Part shown: in pieces, positions 20,803 to 29,879 of the stretch
Position numbering within the stretch: the first letter of the stretch is position 1
Layout of the letters: each line of letters starts with the position of its first letter
NCBI GenBank assembly: GCA_044344255.1
Contig: JBIJDH010000027.1
Coordinates: 1-64,000 of the forward strand
Direction: 5' to 3'
Origin: Myxococcota bacterium
GTDB lineage: Bacteria > Myxococcota_A > UBA796 > UBA2385
DNA: 64,000 nucleotides
Notes under the pieces: generated by a model
Database searches by the model: none
What the model was told of the DNA's origin: nothing
The model's input: only the letters and a program-made list of their open reading frames with translations
Program-made: the position numbers and the translations under genes

Positions 20803-21234
20803 TCACTTCGCCTTGATCACGTTTGCCATGCCGCCGTCGGTGACCACGGTGTCCCCCCCCTTGGGCTTGCTGTACACCACGGCGTTGCTCATCCCGCCGA
20901 CCGTCAACGTCTTGACGCTGCCGATGTTCACCTTCATCGTCGTCCCGTTCACGAGCACTTCTCCGCAGTCGCCGGTCAAGCTGACCGTGCTGTTCATGCC
21001 GTTCACCACGACGTCAGGTGAGCCGTTGGAACCACAGACGTGGGAGACGGTCTGGTTCATTCCATTGATGATGAATGCCTGACCTTGCACAGAAACGGTC
21101 TGGCTGGTGGTGCTCTTCCCATCGGTCTGGGTGGTCATCTCCATTCCGGGCAGCGAAGGCATGTCCTCCGCCTGCGCGACCGAGAGCAGGGACAGGGGAG
21201 CGAACAGGAGGCAGAGGCACGGGAGCAGGCGCAT
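20803..21234 (-). CDS. secreted DUF3060-like beta-solenoid protein
   Basis: Signal peptide (…VAQA); repeated VxVNGxxxTV strands with GDCGEVLVNG. Confidence 0.7.
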   Translation of the reverse strand: MRLLPCLCLLFAPLSLLSVAQAEDMPSLPGMEMTTQTDGKSTTSQTVSVQGQAFIINGMNQTVSHVCGSNGSPDVVVNGMNSTVSLTGDCGEVLVNGTTMKVNIGSVKTLTVGGMSNAVVYSKPKGGDTVVTDGGMANVIKAK

Positions 21235-21411
21235 GAGGTCTCCGAAAGGAGGGAGGAGAGCGGACCGACGATTGTGTACCCCAGGGCGGACCCGACCGTC
21301 GAGCACGGGCCTTCCCTCCAGGGAAAATTCCGTGGGGACCCCTTGAGTCCCGGTGCGGCGAGCCGCCGGGCAGCCCCCGCGCTACAGCCGAGCCCCGAGG
21401 GTCGACCCGCC

Positions 21412-22302
21412 ATGCAGAACGCCTCCCTCACCCGCCTGACCGGGCTGAGCTCCTTTCGACGCATCGCCGCGGTGGTCTGGCCCGAGCCCAGCGATCCACA
21501 CATGTACGGATCGATGGAGATCCGCAGCGAACGCCTGGAGGCCTGGGTGGCCGCGCTCCGGGCGCGCAGCGGTGAGCGGGTGACCGTCACACACGCGGTG
21601 ACTCGGGCCCTGGCGATGGTGCTCGATCGCCACCGAGACCTGAACGGCGTCGTCCGACTCGGCACCATCTATCTGCGAGAGGACGTCGACATCTTCGTGC
21701 AGGTCGCCATCGAGCCGGACCCCGCCGCACCGTCGGGAGGCGATCCGAGCGACCGCGCCGCGATCAGCAAGACCGATCTCTCCGGCGTGAAGATCCGCCG
21801 CGCCGACCGCCTCGGCGTGGTGGAGATCGCTCGTGAGCTCCGAGAGCGGGCCGCCCGCATCCGCGCCCGCCAAGACGCCGACTTCGAACGGACAAAGTCC
21901 ACCCTCGACGCCCTGCCCGGCCTGCTGCTCCGCCCGCTGCTCCGTTTCGTGGACTGGCTCAGCTGGACCGCCAACATCAGCCCATCCTTCCTTGGTAGTC
22001 CGGCAGACCCCTTCGGCTCGGCCTTCGTGACCAACGTGGGCGTCTTCGGCCTCACGAAGGCCTGGGCGCCCTTCTTTCCGCTGGGTCGGGCCTCGATGAT
22101 CATCACCCTCGGCGCCATCGAGACTCGCCCCGTGGTGGAGGACGGCGTACTGGCGATCGGGCGGGTCCTCCACGTCAACGGTACCTTTGACCACCGCCTC
22201 GTCGATGGTCTCCACGCCGGCCGGGTCGCGAAGGAGCTGCGAGAGCTCCTCGAAGAGCCGGAGCGCCTCGAGCTCCCCTCCGACAAGGGGCCCGCGTCCT
22301 GA
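21412..22302 (+). CDS. stand-alone 2-oxo-acid dehydrogenase E2-type acyltransferase catalytic-domain protein
   Basis: SSFRRIA, FGSAFVTNVG and TFDHRLVDG (DHRxxDG) motifs. No lipoyl or E3-binding domain. Confidence 0.87.
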   Translation: MQNASLTRLTGLSSFRRIAAVVWPEPSDPHMYGSMEIRSERLEAWVAALRARSGERVTVTHAVTRALAMVLDRHRDLNGVVRLGTIYLREDVDIFVQVAIEPDPAAPSGGDPSDRAAISKTDLSGVKIRRADRLGVVEIARELRERAARIRARQDADFERTKSTLDALPGLLLRPLLRFVDWLSWTANISPSFLGSPADPFGSAFVTNVGVFGLTKAWAPFFPLGRASMIITLGAIETRPVVEDGVLAIGRVLHVNGTFDHRLVDGLHAGRVAKELRELLEEPERLELPSDKGPAS

Positions 22303-22967
22303 GCCCGCAGCCGCCCCCGCAGCCGCCCCCGGAGCGCCCGCTCACCGGTCCCCTCCCCCCCGTACGCGCGCCCGAGAACAAGCTGCGCCCGCGGGACCTC
22401 TGGAACCTCTCCGGCGCCCTGACGATGGCGCGCCTCCCAATCGCCGTCATCTACCCGTTCTTCGCCGCAGATCGGCGCTATGCCGTCGCGCTCTTCCTCC
22501 TCGCCGAGGTCACCGACATCCTCGACGGTGTGGTCGCGCGCCGCCGAGGCACGGTGAGCCACACCGGCGCATTCGCCGACGGTTGGCTCGACAAGGTCTT
22601 CCACGTCAACGCCGCTTGGTCGATGATCCTCTACGAGGACATCCCGGCCTGGTGGCTGCTCTGCTGGTTCTCCCGCGAGATCGTACAGGCCGCGATGATC
22701 CCCTTCGTGGTGGGCCCCTTCCTCCACGGACAGGTGCGGCCCCACAACGCGACCGCCCTCGGCAAGGTCACCACCGGGCTGCTGGTGGCCGCCTTCGCGG
22801 CGGTCTTCCTCCGCTGGACGGCGCTCGCCGAGGGGCTGACGCCGCTCATCGGCCTCCTCGGCGTCGCGACCTCGCTCCAATATTTACGCCGAGAGCTCGC
22901 CGAGGCGGCGGAGCTGGGCTCGGCCCTGGCTCCGCCCGACAAGCGACGACCGCCGACAGCGGATTAA
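22299..22967 (+). CDS. CDP-alcohol phosphatidyltransferase family protein
   Basis: TDILDGVVARRRG...GAFADGWLDK (DxxDGxxAR...GxxxDxxxD). The frame stays open upstream of ATG 22425 through WNLSGALT, so a CTG start at 22299 is inferred. Confidence 0.82.
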   Translation: MSPQPPPQPPPERPLTGPLPPVRAPENKLRPRDLWNLSGALTMARLPIAVIYPFFAADRRYAVALFLLAEVTDILDGVVARRRGTVSHTGAFADGWLDKVFHVNAAWSMILYEDIPAWWLLCWFSREIVQAAMIPFVVGPFLHGQVRPHNATALGKVTTGLLVAAFAAVFLRWTALAEGLTPLIGLLGVATSLQYLRRELAEAAELGSALAPPDKRRPPTAD

Positions 22968-23013
22968 GAGGGCTCACCGGCGCCGCCCGCCCTGCGGTCG
23001 CCCGAGGAGCCCG

Positions 23014-23538
23014 ATGTCCCCTGCCCGCGCCGCCGTCCTCCCGGCCCTCCTGCTCTTCGGCTGCCTCGACAAGAGCGCCGATGACTCCGGCGGCTCCACC
23101 GACTCCGCCACGATCGAGGCCTGGCTCGCCGCCCACAACGAGGCCCGCGACGCTGCTGCGCCTACCCCCGATCCGGCGCTGCCCGACCTCTCGTGGGACG
23201 AGGGGCTCGCGCGGGTCGCCCTGGACTGGTCGGCCGGCTGTCGCTTCGAGCACAGCATGGGAGAGACCGGAGAGAACCTCGCCGTCGCCAACTTCGACAT
23301 GCCCCCTGCCGACGTGGTCGACGCCTGGTTCTCCGAGATCAGCGACTACGATTACGCGAGCAACACCTGCGCCGACGGCAAGCAGTGCGGTCATTACACC
23401 CAGCTCGTCTGGCGGGACACCACGAAGGTGGGCTGCGCGGTCACCGAGTGTGCGGACGTCGAGGGCTTCGGCGCTGGCCGCCTCTGGGTCTGCGAGTACG
23501 ATCCCCCGGGGAACTGGGTGGGCGAGCAGCCCTACTAG
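23014..23538 (+). CDS. CAP/SCP (PR-1-like) domain lipoprotein
   Basis: LFGC lipobox; AHNEAR, GENL, GHYTQLVW, VGCA and CEYDPPGN motifs. Confidence 0.92.
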   Translation: MSPARAAVLPALLLFGCLDKSADDSGGSTDSATIEAWLAAHNEARDAAAPTPDPALPDLSWDEGLARVALDWSAGCRFEHSMGETGENLAVANFDMPPADVVDAWFSEISDYDYASNTCADGKQCGHYTQLVWRDTTKVGCAVTECADVEGFGAGRLWVCEYDPPGNWVGEQPY

Positions 23539-23585
23539 GCCGCAACGCGACACGACGAGGGGAGGTAACGCGTCGGGCGGGCGCC

Positions 23586-24530
23586 TCAGTCGAGCGCCTT
23601 CTGGAACTTCTTGTCGGCGGCGAGGCGCTCGAGCAGGGGCTTCGTGATGTCCTCCCCCGAGCAACCCCCGAAGGCCGGCGGGTTCGGGCAGAGCGCGACG
23701 TCAGCGGGGCCGCCGTCCTTCGCGTAGCGGCCCAGCGCGGGCACCAGCGCCTCCCGCAGCGCCTGCCCCTCCTTCAGCAGGGCCGCCTCGTAGGCCGTGC
23801 GGGCCGCGGGGGCGTCTTCCGCCTTGCCCTCCTCGAGGGCCTGGTTCAGCGCGGCGCGGTGCACCTTCACGCGGTCCTTCCAGAGGGCACGCGTCAGCGC
23901 GCCGAGGTCGACGGTGTGACCGGCGCCGGTGAGGGGCGCTGGCGCCCACTGCTCGACCTTGGGCGAGACCCGCGGCCAAGGCTGGGCGTTGATGTCGGCG
24001 ATGGCCTTGTCGAGGACGGGGTCCTGGTCGATGCGCTTGGCCAGGGCGGCGCTGATGTCCTTGCCCTCGCAGCCCTTCTTGCCCATCATCGCCTCGACCT
24101 TGCTCATGCGGCACTCCGAGACCGGCCGGGCGCGCACCTCGATGGCGACGGCGCGATCGACCGCCGACGAGAAGGCCTCCACGTAACGGTCCTGGATGCC
24201 ATCGATGTCGCGCTGCAGCACGAGGAACTGCCCGTTGATCCAGCGGCGGTTGCCGGTAGACCAGTCGAGGAAGCCGGAGGGCGCGATGTCCTGGACCATG
24301 TAGGTGCTGGTCTCGAGGTCCTCGAGGGCGCGGGAGACGACGCGGAGGTCGTCCTGGGTGGTCTCGAAGGCGGGGCCGGTGCGCTGGGCGACCCGGCCGA
24401 AGAGCGTGGAGGCCTGGGCGACGGCGTCCGGGGAGTACCAGGCGGGCTCGGCCGCAGCGGCGAGGCCGGAGGGGAGGCCGATGACGACCAAGAGAGCGAA
24501 GAGGGCCGGGAGGCGGGCGGGCGAGGGCAT
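23586..24530 (-). CDS. exported hypothetical protein
   Basis: Signal peptide MPSPARLPALFALLVV...AAA; helical body with two GCxGxDI(S/T) motifs. Start at ATG 24530. Confidence 0.7.
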   Translation of the reverse strand: MPSPARLPALFALLVVIGLPSGLAAAAEPAWYSPDAVAQASTLFGRVAQRTGPAFETTQDDLRVVSRALEDLETSTYMVQDIAPSGFLDWSTGNRRWINGQFLVLQRDIDGIQDRYVEAFSSAVDRAVAIEVRARPVSECRMSKVEAMMGKKGCEGKDISAALAKRIDQDPVLDKAIADINAQPWPRVSPKVEQWAPAPLTGAGHTVDLGALTRALWKDRVKVHRAALNQALEEGKAEDAPAARTAYEAALLKEGQALREALVPALGRYAKDGGPADVALCPNPPAFGGCSGEDITKPLLERLAADKKFQKALD

Positions 24531-24617
24531 CGGGGCTCCGGGGTCGAGGCAGCCTAGCACCGGGCAACCCGAGGGGGAAGGTCCGGCACGACGAGGGGGG
24601 CGGAGATAGGAGGCGCC

Positions 24618-25709
24618 ATGGCCGCCGCATCGTCCAAGACCAAGGCCCCCGCGCCCTCCCCCGCTCCCGCGGCCGCGCCGCAGCCGCTGGAGCTGCTCCC
24701 CGGCAACGAGGCCGTGCGCGCGCGCCTCGCTGGCCTGGTCACCTCCGATCGCCTGCACCCCTGCCTGCTCTTCGAGGGCCCAGAGGGGCTCGGGAAGGGC
24801 CGGGTCGCCGAGTGGCTCGCCCAGCTCCTCAATTGCGAGGTCGAGACAGAGGCCCGCCCCTGCGGCGGTTGTTGGTCCTGCAAGTCCATCCGCAAGGGGC
24901 ATCACCCCGACGTCATCAAGATCGGCCTCGACCCCGAGAAGACAGCGCCCATCATCTCCGTCAAACAGGCCCGCGAGCTCCTCGCCCAGCTCCAGATGCG
25001 GCCCTACCAGGCCCGTCAGCGCCTCGTGATCATCGATCCCGCCGACGCCATGAACGCCGAGAGCGCCAACGCGCTGCTCAAGACCTTCGAAGAGCCGCCC
25101 GCCGCCACCGGCTTCGTGTTGGTCACCAGCCAGGCCACTCGCCTGTTGCCGACGGTCCGATCGCGCAGCCAACGGGTTCGCTTCGGGCCGATGGAGGTGA
25201 GCGCCTTGTCCGCATGGCTCCAGGCCCGCGGCGTGGAAGAGCCGGACCGCCTCGCCCGCCTCGCCGACGGCTGCCCCGGACGGGCGCTGCGCCTCGCCGA
25301 GGGCGAGGCCGAGGCCTGGATCGCGGCCCGCGACGCCGTGCTGGTCGCCCTCGGCGGGCCGATCGACGGCGTGTTCACCTTCAACGAGCGCCTCGTGAAG
25401 GGTGATCGATCGGACTGGGGCCCGCGGGTCGACCGCACCTTCGACGGGCTCGGGAGCCTGGCCCGCGACGCCCTGCTCCTCTGCGCGGGCCCGAGTCCGG
25501 TGGCTGTAGAACGCCTCCTCAACCCGGATCGGGTCGAGCTGCTCGAGGCCTGGGCGGACGCCCTCGGCCCCGCCGGGATCACTCGCTTCGTGCGCGCCCT
25601 CGAGGTCGCCCGCGCCGACGTCGCCGCCTTCGTCAACCCCCGCCTCCTCCTTGACACGCTGCTGGTCCGCCTCGCCACGGAGCTCGGCCGGGCCCGCAGC
25701 GCCGCGTGA
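24618..25709 (+). CDS. holB: DNA polymerase III delta' subunit
   Basis: GPEGLGK, CGGCWSC zinc motif, HPD, ANALLKTFEEP and PTVRSR. AGGAGG RBS. Confidence 0.93.
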   Translation: MAAASSKTKAPAPSPAPAAAPQPLELLPGNEAVRARLAGLVTSDRLHPCLLFEGPEGLGKGRVAEWLAQLLNCEVETEARPCGGCWSCKSIRKGHHPDVIKIGLDPEKTAPIISVKQARELLAQLQMRPYQARQRLVIIDPADAMNAESANALLKTFEEPPAATGFVLVTSQATRLLPTVRSRSQRVRFGPMEVSALSAWLQARGVEEPDRLARLADGCPGRALRLAEGEAEAWIAARDAVLVALGGPIDGVFTFNERLVKGDRSDWGPRVDRTFDGLGSLARDALLLCAGPSPVAVERLLNPDRVELLEAWADALGPAGITRFVRALEVARADVAAFVNPRLLLDTLLVRLATELGRARSAA

Positions 25710-25712
25710 ACC

Positions 25713-26576
25713 ATGGCCCCACCGCCGAGCCCCAGCCCCTTCGTCCCCTTCGCTGACCCCGGCCACCCCCTCTTCGACAGCCACTGCCACTTGGAGTCCC
25801 GCACCTTCGGCGACGATGAGGGCGTGGACGAGGCCGTCCTCCGAGCCCGCACCGCCGGCGTGGGTCGGATGCTCACCATCGGCTCCGGCTTCGGTGTCGA
25901 AGCCGCCCGCAGGGGCGTCGCAGTGGCCGAGCGCCACGACGACGTCTGGGCGGCGATCGGCGTCCACCCGCACGACGCCCGCGAGTGGGACGCGGCGAGC
26001 GGAGACCTCCTCCGGTCCCTCGCCCAACACCCGCGGGTCGTGGCCTTGGGAGAGATGGGCCTCGACTTCCACTACGACAACTCGCCCCGCGATCAGCAGC
26101 GCGCCGCATTCCGCGAACAGCTGCGCCTCGCTGCCGCGCTGCGGCTGCCGGTGATCATCCACGACCGAGACAGCGGCGATGAGTGCCTGGAGATCCTGCT
26201 CGAGGAGGGCGCCTTCGAAGGAAGGGGCCTCGTCTACCACTGCTACTCGGGCTCCGTGGCCTCGATGGAGCGCATCGTGCAGGCGGGGGGCCACATCTCG
26301 ATCCCCGGCATCATCACCTTCAAGAAGGCCGATGAGCTGCGCGCCGTCGCCGCAGCCTGCCCCCTCAACCGCCTCTTCATCGAGACCGACACCCCCTTTC
26401 TCACGCCGGCCCCCTACCGCGGCCGCCGAAACGAGCCCGCCCTCGTGGGATACACGGCCGCCGCCGTGGCCGCCGCACGGGGGGTCTCCGTGGCGCAGGT
26501 GGCGAAGGCGACCTGGGAGAACGCCAGCGCCTTCTTCGCGATCGAGGGGGCCCAAACGACGGAGCCCCGGGCGTGA
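25713..26576 (+). CDS. tatD: TatD family nuclease
   Basis: DSHCH, GVHPH, GEMGLD, IIHDR, HCY and ETDTP motifs; directly downstream of holB. Confidence 0.93.
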   Translation: MAPPPSPSPFVPFADPGHPLFDSHCHLESRTFGDDEGVDEAVLRARTAGVGRMLTIGSGFGVEAARRGVAVAERHDDVWAAIGVHPHDAREWDAASGDLLRSLAQHPRVVALGEMGLDFHYDNSPRDQQRAAFREQLRLAAALRLPVIIHDRDSGDECLEILLEEGAFEGRGLVYHCYSGSVASMERIVQAGGHISIPGIITFKKADELRAVAAACPLNRLFIETDTPFLTPAPYRGRRNEPALVGYTAAAVAAARGVSVAQVAKATWENASAFFAIEGAQTTEPRA

Positions 26577-26651
26577 CCCAGGGCTGCCGGTTCGAACCGT
26601 CGGCCGGCGAGGGGCGCTGCCGCAGCAGGGCGCCTCGCGACCGCCTGGAGC

Positions 26652-26828
26652 TCAGCTCCGGGGGGCGGAGCCCTTGGCCATCGCGGGGGCGTTGGCGTCC
26701 GCCTCGGCGGTGTGGATCGGGAACGAAGGCGTGGTGCCCTTGTTCTCGAGGTCGTGCTTGCGGTCCTTGCCCATGTTCTTGTGGCGACGGTGGCGGCGGA
26801 ACTCGGTCTCGGCGGTGGCGCTGGCCAT
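26652..26828 (-). CDS. small protein with a basic central segment (58 aa), absent from the ORF track
   Basis: Translated by hand: MASATAETEFRRHRRHKNMGKDRKHDLENKGTTPSFPIHTAEADANAPAMAKGSAPRS. GGAG RBS and GC3-rich codons. Confidence 0.75.
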   Translation of the reverse strand: MASATAETEFRRHRRHKNMGKDRKHDLENKGTTPSFPIHTAEADANAPAMAKGSAPRS

Positions 26829-26972
26829 GGGATCACTCCGGAATCGCTGAAATGGAGATGTCGGGTACGCTGGGCGGCGCTCTTAGCGCCCTGGTGAAAG
26901 GGTGTCAAAGCCGTTCACCCCACCCATGCCCCGGTTCGGTGATACCTTGATCCCCATGGAGCGTCTGCACAC

Positions 26973-27836
26973 ATGTCAACTGTACTCGGACCCCAAGGGT
27001 CAAGCTCACCGTCTTCCCTCTCCGCTGCATGGCCATCCCGCGCCGCGATCTTGGCCTCTGTCTTCGCATTGTCCGGCTGCAAGCTCATCGACCGGCTCCG
27101 AGACAAGGTCAGTGACCTGACGAACCGCGTCGCCGCCGCCGGCTCCGTGCTCGGGGTCGAGCCGCCCGAGAACGAGAACATCTCCGCATTGCTGGAGAAC
27201 ACTCAGTTCTCGGCCGGGGCGCAGGCGAGCATCTTCTTCGCCGATGCGGCGAGCGGCGGCGGCTTCGCGGAGGCCCCTCTCTCTGACGAGGAGGTCACCT
27301 ACGACTCCGAGAGCAACGACGGGCTGCCGATGCCCCTCGTCAGCCCTGGGCAATATGCGATCACCGAGATGGACGGCCTCGTGTTCACTCCAGGCGAGAC
27401 CGCCACGCTCCGGGCCCTCGACGACGACGACCAGCGAGAGCTCTCCGTCCGCATCCCGTTCCCCGCTGACGTCAACATCCCCGACTCCCTCAGCCCCAAC
27501 ACCTCGCTGGATCTCGACGTGAGCGACCAGGACTTCGACGGCCTGATCGTCGTGGTGATCAACACCGCCGACGGCACGTCCACCTTCTCGACGCTCCCCA
27601 CCTCGCCCACCGACCTCTACAACATCACGCATGGGGACGGGCTCGTCACCAGCGTCGAGGTGCCCGGCGCCGCGTTCCCGAGCGAGGGCTACTTCGTGCT
27701 CGGCGTCGCCGGCGTCTATGCGGCGGACGAGGCCTCGTTCGAGGGGGTCAACACGGCGATCTCCACGCTCATCGCGGGAAACTTCACGTTCCACCCCATT
27801 TGCACCTACAACAACCAGGCCCTCTGCGTGCTCTGA
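26973..27836 (+). CDS. hypothetical lipoprotein
   Basis: LSGC lipobox after a hydrophobic stretch; acidic, beta-rich body. Confidence 0.72.
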   Translation: MSTVLGPQGSSSPSSLSAAWPSRAAILASVFALSGCKLIDRLRDKVSDLTNRVAAAGSVLGVEPPENENISALLENTQFSAGAQASIFFADAASGGGFAEAPLSDEEVTYDSESNDGLPMPLVSPGQYAITEMDGLVFTPGETATLRALDDDDQRELSVRIPFPADVNIPDSLSPNTSLDLDVSDQDFDGLIVVVINTADGTSTFSTLPTSPTDLYNITHGDGLVTSVEVPGAAFPSEGYFVLGVAGVYAADEASFEGVNTAISTLIAGNFTFHPICTYNNQALCVL

Positions 27837-27902
27837 GCTCGGCTGCGAGCTCTGAGCTCGCCCGCGTGCTCTGAGCTCGCCCGCGCGCTCTGAGCTCGGC
27901 TG
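27826..27902. repeat. 19-bp tandem repeat x4 spanning a stop codon
   Basis: Core CTCTGAGCTCG starts at 27831, 27850, 27869 and 27888. Confidence 0.85.
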
Positions 27903-27932
27903 GGCCGCTGGGCGGCGGGCCCGTCGACCCGC

Positions 27933-29780
27933 TCAGCGGATCTGAAGCTCACCGGGCAGCATCGCCGCTACGCCGTTACCCGCGAGCACCCGGTCCAGCA
28001 TCTCGACCTGCCCGAGGGCCTGCTGGAGCTCTGGCGGCAGGAGGCGGACTTGGGCGCCCACAGCCTGGGCTTGGGCGTTACCGCCCGGGTTCTCCAGGTC
28101 GTCGAGGAGCTGGTCAAGGAAGCCCTTGCGCTCGGGGACCCGCTGGATGCCGTAGCCCCCGGCGGTCAGCCCCCCGAGCTCCGCGGCCTTGGCGACGGCC
28201 TGATCGAGGCCTCCGAGCTCATCGACGAGGTGACGCTCGAGGGCCTGCTCGCCGGTCCACACCCGCCCTTGCGCGACCGCGTGCATTTCTTCGAAGCTCA
28301 TGCCACGCCCTTCGGCGGCCTTGGTGACGAAGATCGAGTAGAAACTCTCGAGGAAGCGACGGAACTTGACCTTCTCCAGCTCGCTGAAGTCCGAGGTGGA
28401 GCTGAGAAGGCCGGCGTAGGCGCCTCGCTGGCTCGTGTGCAGGGTCATCCCCGCGTAGGCATAGAGGCCGGCGAGGTTCATCTTTCCGCCGAAGACGCCG
28501 ATGGAGCCGGTGAGGGTGCCAGGCTCGGCGAAGATGTAGTTATTGCCCATCGAGATGTAGTAGCCGCCGCTGGCCGCGTAGTCGGACATGCTGACCACCA
28601 CCGGCTTCTTCTCGCGCGTGATCTGGAGCTCGCGCCACATGTTGTCGCTGGCCGAGCCGCTCCCCCCCGGGGAGTTGACGCGGAGGACGATGGCTTTGAC
28701 GTCTTCGTCTTCGCGCAGGCTCTCGAGCTGCTTCTGGACGGTTCGATCACCGATCGACCGCCCGCCGAACATGCTCTCTTCGCTGGTCCCATCGACAATT
28801 GTGCCCTCCAGGTAGAGGACCGCCACCTTGGCCGCGCCGTGGCCCCAGGAAGATCGCTGATCGTGCAGGTAGTCGGTCATCTTGACCAAGTCTCCCTTCA
28901 CGGTGTCGGTGGTCACTTCGTCCACATAGGAGAGCTTGTCGATCATGCCGGCCGCGAGGGCGTCCTCGGGGGTGATCGGCGGATCGTCGAGCCAACCGCG
29001 AGCCTTGGCCTCGTCGACCCCGCGTCCGGCGGCGATGCCGCGGGCGAGCTGGCCGTAGAGAGAGTCGAGGAGGGCGTCGGTCGCCGCTTGAGCGGCCTCC
29101 GAGGGGCCTGTGCGCTGGAAGGGCTCGACCGCGCTCTTGAAGTCACCGACATGCTCGAAGTTCGCCGTCACGCCAAACTTCTCGAAGGTACCCTTGAAGT
29201 AGGTCTGGGTGATCTCCAGCCCGTTCACCAACGTGAGCCCCGCGGGGGCCAGGCGAATGTCTCCGCAGGCTGACGCGAGGTAGTACTCCTTGTTGGTGAG
29301 CGCGCTGCTCCAGGCCACACAGGGTTTGCCGGAGGCCCGGAAGTCCACCACGGCGTCGCGGAGCTCTTGGGTCTGAGACCAGCCGAGGTCCACCCCGATG
29401 ACCTGCAGGAAGAGTCCGGTGATGTCAGGGTCTTCGCCGGCGGCTCGAATTGCGGCGGCCACCTCGGTGGTGAGCGGCGGGAGGTCGAGGGGGTCGTCGA
29501 AGGGGGAGCCGGCGGTGGGAGCGTCGCTCAAGCCCGGCGCCACCTTCCACTGGAGCCAGCCCTCATGGGCGGAGAGGGGTGAGCCGCCGCCGGAGCCGAC
29601 CAGCAGGGCGGTGCCCACGCCGAGCCCCACGAGGGCGAGGAGCCCGAAGACCGCCAGCCAAAGGAGCAGGCGGAAGCTGCCGGAGGGCCGCGGGGGGGAT
29701 GGACGGCGCCGTACGGTCGGCGAGGTCGGCGCGGTCGTGGCGGGGGCCGCGGACTCAGAGGGGTCGTGCTGGTCGCTCAC
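27933..29780 (-). CDS. sppA: signal peptide peptidase SppA (protease IV, 67K type)
   Basis: YYLASA, GDFKSAVEP, RVNSPGGS, AASGGYY, TGSIGV, AQGRVWTG and VDELGG motifs. Confidence 0.94.
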   Translation of the reverse strand: MSDQHDPSESAAPATTAPTSPTVRRRPSPPRPSGSFRLLLWLAVFGLLALVGLGVGTALLVGSGGGSPLSAHEGWLQWKVAPGLSDAPTAGSPFDDPLDLPPLTTEVAAAIRAAGEDPDITGLFLQVIGVDLGWSQTQELRDAVVDFRASGKPCVAWSSALTNKEYYLASACGDIRLAPAGLTLVNGLEITQTYFKGTFEKFGVTANFEHVGDFKSAVEPFQRTGPSEAAQAATDALLDSLYGQLARGIAAGRGVDEAKARGWLDDPPITPEDALAAGMIDKLSYVDEVTTDTVKGDLVKMTDYLHDQRSSWGHGAAKVAVLYLEGTIVDGTSEESMFGGRSIGDRTVQKQLESLREDEDVKAIVLRVNSPGGSGSASDNMWRELQITREKKPVVVSMSDYAASGGYYISMGNNYIFAEPGTLTGSIGVFGGKMNLAGLYAYAGMTLHTSQRGAYAGLLSSTSDFSELEKVKFRRFLESFYSIFVTKAAEGRGMSFEEMHAVAQGRVWTGEQALERHLVDELGGLDQAVAKAAELGGLTAGGYGIQRVPERKGFLDQLLDDLENPGGNAQAQAVGAQVRLLPPELQQALGQVEMLDRVLAGNGVAAMLPGELQIR

Positions 29781-29879
29781 GCAGACGCTCGGCGGGTCGG
29801 GAGGGAGGCCCCCTATATCCCGCCGCGTCCATGACGCCGGACCAAGGCCGCCCTCCAGCCCCGGGGCGTGCGGGGCGGC

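Noticed and set aside
24531..26555. Upstream two-thirds of the 989-aa minus-strand ORF 23586..26555
   Set aside because: It is the antisense shadow of holB and tatD. Only the last 314 aa, starting at a signal peptide (ATG 24530), look like a real protein.
27826..27902. Possible mini-CRISPR array
   Set aside because: The period is only 19 bp, the 8-nt variable parts are near-identical rather than unique spacers, and there are no cas genes.
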